From positions 79,174,001 to 79,238,000 of the forward strand of contig OZ024745.1 in assembly GCA_964016885.1 (NCBI GenBank): a DNA stretch of 64,000 nucleotides. Direction: 5' to 3'. Under the pieces are notes generated by a model. It was not told the origin of the DNA. It did not search any database and worked only from the letters and a program-made list of their open reading frames with translations. This DNA is from Eledone cirrhosa (Eukaryota). The position numbers were made by a program, and so were the translations under genes. Of the stretch, positions 59,879 to 64,000 are shown piece after piece (position 1 is the stretch's first letter; each line of letters starts with the position of its first letter).

Positions 59879-61538
59879 GGGGGGGTCACAATAAAATGCA
59901 CATGGTAGAATACAGTGTTGTATGTCTGGTACCCAGCCCACCTGGAGGTCGGAGGCTCTGCTTTGTACTGACTAGTCTATGATGACAACTGCGATGTCCA
60001 ACTCAAGCTAGCTGTGAAAAAGGATGGTAAATGATGCTGATGATAAACCACAAGGACCTGTCCTCTTGACCAGTTTCTATTTAAGCATACACACAGCCTT
60101 ATAAGCAAATGATAGTCACAGACTAACCTTCTTCTCTTCAGATTCAGAAAATACTTCAGCCTCCATCAACTACTAATTCACTATAACGTTCAATTAAGAC
60201 CCACAGTGCAATACTGCTCCCAGAAGTTGTTTGTATCATCATCATCATCATTGTTTTATGTTGGCCTTACTATGCTTGCATATAGTTGGTGCAGTAATTC
60301 CTTCCAGCCAGCAGTATTTAAGTGTATGTTTGATTTTGTCATGCTTTGAGGTCCTTTGAGTTTTAAGCATTTTCCTTATTATTTTACTGGTGTCTGGTGG
60401 GATTCAAAGGAATTTAGCTTCTTTTTCTAACAAGTTGAGTAACCACATACAGGCACCCACATTAGCTCAGGTTCCTTTGTTGGCAGTAGCTATGTTGGTG
60501 ATTGTGTTGTTGAATTCTGTGGATGGTAATTTTGTTTCTTGGAAGAACTTGATTTCACTGGATTTTGTTTTCATGAGCAAGGCCAACTGGCCAGACACCT
60601 CTTATAATGGGACCACCCAGCTCCCAAATTACAGTTCCAATGTGAGAAGGGTACAGCTGGCCAACTGGCCAGACATGTCTCATAATATGACTTCTCAGCT
60701 CCACACTGTAAATGTGGTTAGTGTTACGAAGGGCATCCAGCTGTAAAAATCTCAGCCAAAATACAATCCCGTTTGAACAAGGTACAGTGTGACCAACTGG
60801 CCAGACTTGTCTCACAATGGTGTCATCCAGTTCTACACTGTAAATGTGGTTGGCAGTAGGAAGGGCACCCAGCAGCCATAAAAATCCAGCCCTAACACAG
60901 CCCCACTATATGTAAGGTATGGTGTGGCCAACTGGCCACACCTCACTCATAAGGGGACCACCCAGATTAAAAAATTCAGTAACAGCCCCGATATTGTGCA
61001 AGGTACGGTGTTGCCATCTGATCAGACTTGGCTCATAACAGGACCACCCAGTAACACGGCTTCACTATGAGTAAGGCTTGGCCGGTCCAACTGGTCTGAC
61101 CTCCTCATAATGAGACCACCCAACTGGCCAGACCCTCATAATGATACTATGCAGTTTTACACTGTAAACGTGGTTGATGTTGGGAAGGTTATCGAGCTGT
61201 AAAAATCCCAGCTAAAATACAGTTCCATTTGAGCAAAGTACAGTGTGGTCAGCTGGCCAGGCTTCTCTCATGATGTGGGCGACCTGTCTAATCCATGCAA
61301 GCATGGAAAAATAGACATTAAACAACAATGATGATGTATGTATCTGCGAAGCTATTATGATTTTCTGGCAGAACATATACATGTATATTATGATAAAAGA
61401 ATGGGATTTTTTTTTTCACAGTATTTGCAGGCATACAACCTAAAAGTTGGTCATTTAACACAGATGACTGAGAAACTGGTAAAACTTATAGGAACTCAAT
61501 TGACTCCTCAAGTATATGTATTTATAACTTATGTTCAG
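1563..61538 (+). CDS. FANCI: Fanconi anemia complementation group I protein, multi-exon, partial (17 exons in window, about 794 aa; 5' and 3' exons lie outside)
   Basis: Spliced translation matches remembered vertebrate FANCI motifs in order: [40 protein letters not shown]...[48 protein letters not shown]...FITYVQ. All junctions are GT-AG with consistent phase. Confidence 0.95.
2318..2519 (+). CDS. FANCI: FANCI exon containing the RKxMF monoubiquitination-site motif
   Basis: tttcag|AT ... TCGAG|gtaaga; encodes [14 protein letters not shown]. Confidence 0.92.
2650..3200 (+). mobile_element. RTE LINE 3' fragment
   Basis: Encodes [13 protein letters not shown]...DRDLWR; 3' UTR ends in (GAT)n like the 35150-37035 element. 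Confidence 0.8.
3255..4260. repeat. Degenerate pentamer satellite (AGCTT/GGCTT, GATCT) with ACACTATCAGACTGTCTGTATTA units, interrupted by an RTE tail
   Basis: Visible tandem 5-mers at 3310-3560 and 4020-4255. Confidence 0.7.
3580..3998 (-). mobile_element. Young RTE 3'-end copy
   Basis: Near-identical reverse complement of 36623-37035, including the (CAT)n tail. Confidence 0.92.
6254..7470 (+). pseudogene. CR1 ORF1 (PHD finger, Q-rich repeats, coiled coil, RRM-like region), frameshifted near 6930
   Basis: [15 protein letters not shown]...FQCLDC; continues in a second frame as VIAIGVPE...RLGRPG.KPRLIRL. Confidence 0.8.
7490..10182 (+). pseudogene. CR1 ORF2 (AP endonuclease plus reverse transcriptase), multiple frameshifts; YADD motif deleted
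   Basis: ORF-track fragments 7295-10182; deletion plus 26-nt tandem duplication at 9360-9437. Confidence 0.9.
10503..10597 (+). ncRNA. Type I hammerhead ribozyme fold
   Basis: CTGATGA 10508-10514; stem II GACAGC/GCTGTT; GAAA 10570-10573; stem III ACGGC/GCCGT; GTC cleavage triplet ending at 10592; stem I GCCCC/GTGGT. Confidence 0.7.
11037..11222 (+). mobile_element. tRNA-derived SINE with Meta-domain-like core (many degraded copies elsewhere, e.g. 770-870, 1070-1220, 13260-13445, 38090-38200)
   Basis: A box TGGCAGTATCGG, B box GAGTTCAAATCC, core GCCTTT(C/T)ATCCTTACGGGGTCGATAAAATAAAGTA. Confidence 0.75.
11531..11645 (+). CDS. FANCI: FANCI exon with SQ cluster ([38 protein letters not shown])
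   Basis: tttcag|A ... CAA|gtaaag; 115 nt. Confidence 0.92.
11870..12470 (+). mobile_element. Old RTE 3' fragment
   Basis: Degenerate similarity to 36200-37035 (GGACATGTGATGCGTATG). Confidence 0.7.
13691..15709 (-). mobile_element. Non-autonomous LTR retroelement 1 (LTRs ~13691-14070 and ~15337-15709)
   Basis: Direct ~375-bp repeats; PBS TGGTGACCCCG (rc 15325-15335); PPT-like TGGTGGGAGATAA before the LTR; LTR starts TGTAGCAAGAGTTGCCTCCCTTG; no intact gag/pol. Confidence 0.92.
16622..16750 (+). CDS. FANCI: FANCI exon ([43 protein letters not shown])
   Basis: tttgtag|CTT ... TCA|gtaagt; 129 nt. Confidence 0.93.
16900..17215 (+). mobile_element. CR1 3'-end fragment (same family as 5960-10293; another copy at ~43110-43290)
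   Basis: Close match to 10025-10293, including the (ATT)n tail. Confidence 0.88.
18074..18480. mobile_element. piggyBac-like MITE, tandemly duplicated
   Basis: TTAACCCTTT...AAAGGGTTAA termini; two ~200-bp units; related to 58966-59171. Confidence 0.7.
18639..18707 (+). CDS. FANCI: FANCI exon ([23 protein letters not shown])
   Basis: ttttag|GGG ... CAA|gtactt; 69 nt; fills the gap between flanking exons in phase. Confidence 0.8.
18790..19570 (+). mobile_element. Degraded RTE RT fragment
   Basis: [14 protein letters not shown]...LGIDEWLV and [11 protein letters not shown]. Confidence 0.8.
21051..21152 (+). CDS. FANCI: FANCI exon ([34 protein letters not shown])
   Basis: ctccag|ATT ... CTG|gtaagt; 102 nt. 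Confidence 0.93.
21670..23540 (-). mobile_element. 5'-truncated Penelope-like element (RT thumb/linker plus GIY-YIG endonuclease and 3' region)
   Basis: [35 protein letters not shown]...[16 protein letters not shown]; flanked by (TA)n. Confidence 0.88.
21682..21755 (-). ncRNA. Degenerate type I hammerhead motif at the PLE 3' end
   Basis: rc: AGTTT CAGAAGA TCCC-GTTAA-GGGT GAAA GCA-GCCATTCTT-TGC T T AAACT; core differs from CTGANGA at one position. Confidence 0.5.
23763..26158 (+). mobile_element. pogo/Tc2-type (POGK-like) DNA transposon, full length, decayed
   Basis: TIRs CCGTATATACTCGCC / GGCGAGTATATATGG; subterminal TGCGACC repeats; transposase relic inside. Confidence 0.9.
24066..25330 (+). 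pseudogene. Transposase (Brinker-like DBD, CENP-B HTH, DDE_1), frameshifted
   Basis: [13 protein letters not shown]; [14 protein letters not shown]; TTGHEK; [10 protein letters not shown]; [13 protein letters not shown]; FKKCGISN. Confidence 0.9.
26190..26550 (+). mobile_element. Degraded RTE RT fragment
   Basis: Matches 35248-35610 (GATGCACTAGATAGAGGAAACTATAGAG...). Confidence 0.8.
26761..26970 (+). CDS. FANCI: FANCI exon with acidic loop (AHLVCC...[11 protein letters not shown]...[12 protein letters not shown])
   Basis: ttctag|GCT ... CTG|gtaaga; 210 nt. Confidence 0.93.
27130..29900 (-). mobile_element. Old near full-length RTE/RTEX-like LINE (APE plus RT), with an RTE tail nested at ~28620-28810
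   Basis: Minus-strand relics [53 protein letters not shown]. Confidence 0.8.
30348..30793. repeat. Foldback/long inverted repeat (~195-bp arms, ~56-bp spacer) within (TA)n
   Basis: 30348-30542 is the reverse complement of 30599-30793 with about 2 mismatches. Confidence 0.95.
31615..31736 (+). CDS. FANCI: FANCI exon ([35 protein letters not shown])
   Basis: tatcag|GAT ... CCAG|gtatgt; 122 nt. Confidence 0.93.
32491..34617 (-). mobile_element. Non-autonomous LTR retroelement 2 (LTRs ~32491-32892 and ~34204-34617)
   Basis: Direct ~400-bp repeats; TAGT flanking duplication; PBS rc 34191-34201; internal region homologous to element 1. Confidence 0.93.
35150..37035 (+). mobile_element. 5'-truncated RTE-clade LINE with well-preserved RT
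   Basis: [36 protein letters not shown], internal PHD-like Cys cluster, [15 protein letters not shown]; (TGA)n tail. Confidence 0.93.
37520..37672 (+). CDS. FANCI: FANCI exon ([24 protein letters not shown]...LHNLF)
   Basis: ttacag|T ... TTTGA|gtaagt; 153 nt. Confidence 0.88.
38808..38987 (+). CDS. FANCI: FANCI exon ([33 protein letters not shown]...CRLG)
   Basis: ttgcag|G ... GGAAG|gtatgt; 180 nt. Confidence 0.88.
41515..41672 (+). CDS. FANCI: FANCI exon (LCLKYYQRF...[11 protein letters not shown]...)
   Basis: taatag|A ... TTGT|gtaagt; 158 nt. Confidence 0.85.
43844..43929 (+). CDS. FANCI: FANCI exon ([28 protein letters not shown])
   Basis: ctgcag|TA ... CAG|gtttgt; 86 nt; phase fits both neighbours. 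Confidence 0.78.
44323..44644. mobile_element. hAT-type MITE
   Basis: CAGTG...CACTG termini with an 8-bp TSD TCGTGGTT/TTGTGGTT (7/8). Confidence 0.75.
45197..45256. repeat. 60-nt hairpin (28-bp stem, 4-nt loop)
   Basis: CACCTTAGTGGAGGCTACACCTCACCAA-TGAC-TTGGTGAGGTGTAGCCTTCACTAAGGTG; one G:T pair. Confidence 0.9.
46306..46471 (+). CDS. FANCI: FANCI exon ([12 protein letters not shown]...[14 protein letters not shown])
   Basis: ctatag|AGA ... ATTG|gtaaga; 166 nt. Confidence 0.85.
47248..47378 (+). CDS. FANCI: FANCI exon (...[17 protein letters not shown])
   Basis: ctctag|AT ... AAG|gtaaac; 131 nt. Confidence 0.9.
48216..48234 (+). promoter_or_regulatory. Primer-binding site complementary to the tRNA-Trp 3' end
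   Basis: TGGTGACCCCCGACCTGAT versus expected TGGTGACCCCGACGTGAT. Confidence 0.85.
48702..49493 (+). CDS. gag: Gypsy Gag (intact ORF, 263 aa)
   Basis: [10 protein letters not shown]; C-terminal [18 protein letters not shown] (Cx2Hx9Cx3C). Confidence 0.92.
   Translation: MASHSVLPTYTGDVRLWFSQLEAFFRANRVDEELQHSVVLSTIPPAILPAVKDLVLEATTDSSYTSLKAEILSRTEQSSGKRFRALVQLEHIGDGTPSNLLRRMKDLTEGSAAETVLLKQFFSRLPTNVQAILAPMRDTSTVDQLAASADKVFEVTNAGGSDPLAAVYHPARATHGHVIYAAAPTDSSTIIAMQRSIQELTIELHKMKALCGGCSRPRSRGRSQSFRQHSKSPASSLCWYHERFAENANHCVQPCSCHKAGDA
49490..52632 (+). pseudogene. pol: Gypsy Pol (protease, RT, RNase H, integrase) in the -1 frame to gag; disrupted near 50260, 50806 and 52369
   Basis: FLMDTGAS; [12 protein letters not shown]; YIDD; DAS/RELLA; HPG...C..CQ; DRGRQF; NGMVERFHR; GPY motif. 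Confidence 0.94.
53713..53878 (+). CDS. FANCI: FANCI exon ([17 protein letters not shown]...[12 protein letters not shown])
   Basis: ctgaaag|GAA ... ACAG|gtgagt; 166 nt. Confidence 0.9.
55299..55372. mobile_element. Miniature Tc1/mariner-type MITE
   Basis: TA|CAAGGTGTCC...GGACACCCTG|TA; nearly whole-length palindrome. Confidence 0.65.
55402..55730 (+). mobile_element. tRNA-derived SINE with an RTE-derived 3' tail
   Basis: A box TGGCTTAGTG, B box GAGTTCAATTC, CCTTGAGCAAGACACTT core, then tail matching the RTE 3' UTR and ending TGATGA. Confidence 0.82.
56305..56646 (+). repeat. Head-to-tail array (~2.5 units) of MetaSINE-like bodies
   Basis: Repeated CTGAGTTCAAATCCCG...GGGGTCG.TAAA...AAAGTAGAAACAATTATTTTA. 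Confidence 0.8.
57121..57407 (-). mobile_element. Second copy of the RTE-tailed SINE, 5'-truncated and inverted
   Basis: Reverse complement of 55456-55730. Confidence 0.85.
58190..58700 (-). repeat. ~47-bp minisatellite derived from the RTE/SINE 3' UTR unit (similar arrays at 54340-54780)
   Basis: Repeated CACTTTACAGTGTGGACTGGGTGCTTTTTGTCGTGACACCAACACGAC-like units. Confidence 0.75.
58966..59171. mobile_element. piggyBac-like MITE with TTAA TSD
   Basis: TTAA|CCCTTTAGCATT...AATGCTAAAGGG|TTAA. Confidence 0.8.
59338..59522 (+). CDS. FANCI: FANCI exon (...[10 protein letters not shown]...[11 protein letters not shown])
   Basis: ttttag|AC ... TAT|gtaagt; 185 nt. Confidence 0.93.
60580..61335 (+). 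repeat. Degenerate tandem array built on the RTE tail (GGCCAACTGGCCAGAC units)
   Basis: About 8 variants of GGCCAACTGGCCAGAC..CTCATAA interleaved with CACTGTAAATGTGGTT. Confidence 0.7.
61422..61538 (+). CDS. FANCI: FANCI exon ([39 protein letters not shown])
   Basis: tcacag|TAT ... CAG|gtcagt; 117 nt. Confidence 0.93.
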
Positions 61539-61639
61539 GTCAGTATAACTTATGTTCCTACATTTATATCATGAATAACCATATATGTTCCAAGTCTCGT
61601 CCAACATTTTCATTAGAATGAGTATGGACATATGTATGC

Positions 61640-63360
61640 ATGCACAATTGATTAGGGACATAATTAATTTTATGAGATGCAGTTTGACTTTTTACCCAGG
61701 AGAAGCACCACCCTACTATCTTTTACCCAGGAGAAACACCACCCTACAACTACAGGAGAAATATCTAGTTAAGAGTAAGCCACTATGTTTAGCATTTGTT
61801 GACCTTGAAAGGTTTTTGACAAAATCCCATGCTCTGTAATTTGATGGTTACTTAGGAAGCTAGGGAAAGAGAAATAGCTTGTCTATGTACAGAGGTCCAA
61901 CTAACAAGATGAGAGTCACCAATGAGTACAACGATGAATTTTGTGTGCTGGCAGGAGTCCATCAAAGCTCAGTCTTAAGCTCTCTCTTGTTTATTGTAGT
62001 CCTCCAAGCCATAACAGGAATTCGTGACTGGCTTGTCCATGGGAGCTCCTATATGCTGATGATCTAACCGTCAATAAAAGATATAGAGAAGTTCCAAAGA
62101 GTAAAGGAAGCAGGAAAGAGGATAATAAACTGCTACCATCATGGAAATGACAGTGCTCAGTATATGGAAAAGGAGTAAGTAGGAATTCCATAGTCAACAC
62201 AGCGGAAGCTGAGGGCACACGAGAGATGTAGTAGGATCACAGGTAGGCTGTCAAGGAAAGTAGACTTCATATGTCATATGTGTATAATGGCAGGAGACAA
62301 TAGTAAGAGTACTATTGTCAAATGTTCAGAAGGCCCACATGGGAAGTTTACCAGCCATTGGTGTGTGTGTATACCACAGTTGCTCTCTTCCTGGTGAGAC
62401 AACTACAAGAGTTTTTGACCAAGAAGAAGCTATTTTTTGCTTTTGTTGAACTAGAAAAAGCCTTTGACAGAGTACTTTGATCTGTCATCTAGTGGTCCTT
62501 AAGGAAATTAGTTGTAGAAAAATGGCTTGTGAGAACAGTGCAACCCATGTACAGAAGAGCTGTTAGTAAAGTGATAGTAGCAGTGAGTTTAGTAAGGATT
62601 CAAGGTACAGGAAGTTCGTCAGGATTTGGTCCTCAGCCCACTTTTGTTCATAATAGTCATCCAGGACATAACAGAGGAGTTTAAAACTGGCTGTTCTTGG
62701 GAACTTCTGTATGCCGATGATGTCCCTCATAGCTGAATCCATAGAACTAGAGAATATGTTCCAAATGTGGAAACAATTTAGAACCAAAAGGTCTGAGAGT
62801 AAACTTTTAAAAAAATAAAGTGTTAGTAAGTAGGAAAGAAGACATGACCGTGATTCTCTTAGTGAAGTGGCCCTATTCAATATGCAGAAAAGGAGTAGGC
62901 AGAAACTCTAGACGATGTACAAAATGCAAATCCTGGATACACAAGAGGTGTAGTGGTATAACAAACAGAGTAACAGGAAAGGAAGACTTTGTATGTAATA
63001 GATGCATAGGGGTAATCAATAGTAAGTACGTCAATGATGTATACCTTTTTCAATCATAAGAAGGATCCATGGAAGTGGTTGATAGCTTCTGCTACCTAGA
63101 TGATTTAATTAGCAGTGGAGAAGGATACTCCAAGAGCATAGTAACTAGAATAAGGTTAGAATGGGAGAAGTTTAGAGAGTTCTGTTGACAACAAAAGGTT
63201 TCTTCCTATGAACGAAAGGATGGCTGTATGATGCCTTTGTGCAATGTTGTATGGTAGTGAAACAGAAACTGATTACGGAGGGTATGCGTAGACCAGAGAG
63301 AAATGAAGTAAGCATGCTTCGAAGGTTGTGCAATGATAATGTATGTAAATGACAAAGCAT
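61640..63360 (+). mobile_element. Two degraded RTE RT fragments (another at 53930-54230)
   Basis: [50 protein letters not shown]. Confidence 0.85.
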
Positions 63361-64000
63361 GTGTGTTTCAGATATGTAGATCACTTAAGGAAGAACCCAT
63401 CAATATCAATCATTTGTTTTTGCTTTGAACTATTTCCATTTCACATCTGAAAAGAGGGTATTAGGCCTGAAATATCATGTTAAAATATACTGGGTAAAAC
63501 ATTACTTTGTTGTATTTTATTTGTCATCCTTGGTCCTTTATATATTTCTACTGCATTGTACCAGCTTTTTAAAACTTATCAGTCATTTATTACATATCTC
63601 ACAATGCTTCATATTAACTATACTAATATATATATTACCTTAAATAGCAACTACCCAGCCATTTCTATTCTCCATATATTTCATCATGTTTTTTGCTGTG
63701 ACCATTCTTCTCTCCCCTTCTACCTACCTATTTCACCACTTTCTACTCACCCCTCTTTCTTCTCCTCCCTTTCCCTCTATCTACTCTTACCCCACTTTCT
63801 TCCTCCCCTTCTCCCTCTCACTTTCACCCCCTCATCTGACCGTTTAGCAGTTCTCTTCTCACCTACAACTGCGGCGATCGTACGTGTGTCTTGTTTCTCT
63901 CGATTACTCAGTCTCGAGCTTAAGTTCTATTATCGAGTGGTCTTGGATGTCCTACCCATAGCTGCTCGCACATTGCTCGGTTTGTGTTTTTTTTTTCGCT

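Noticed and set aside
59862-59885. 24-nt G run after (GT)n as a G-quadruplex element
   Set aside because: Simple microsatellite-adjacent homopolymer whose length is unreliable in assemblies.
58190-61335. CRISPR-like regularly spaced repeats
   Set aside because: Units are degenerate tandem copies of a LINE tail without unique spacers; eukaryotic intron context and no cas genes.

Overview
This is an AT-rich, repeat-dense animal genomic window, not prokaryotic. The SINE/RTE repeat landscape suggests an octopod mollusc, but that is inference only. The backbone is 17 internal + strand exons of FANCI (about 794 codons, all GT-AG introns, phases join without stops); the gene runs off both ends of the window. 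The introns hold a near full-length CR1-type LINE with a PHD-finger ORF1, several RTE-clade LINEs and their partner SINEs, MetaSINE-like repeats, a Penelope-like element (PLE), a pogo/Tc2-type DNA transposon, hAT/piggyBac/Tc1 MITEs and a full-length CsRn1-type Gypsy element. The most notable structures are: (1) two ~2 kb non-autonomous LTR elements that share the tRNA-Trp PBS, PPT, LTR tip and a scrambled pol-relic cassette with the Gypsy element, which itself carries that cassette after pol; (2) a well-formed type I hammerhead ribozyme fold plus degenerate PLE-linked ones; (3) a Gypsy LTR ending 29 nt from a FANCI acceptor, with a 3'-LTR-specific CTAAT branch-point motif; (4) a ~195-bp-arm foldback and other inverted repeats that would form dsRNA in the pre-mRNA; (5) a convergent acidic ORF inside the pogo element. 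All calls were made by eye; no searches were run.
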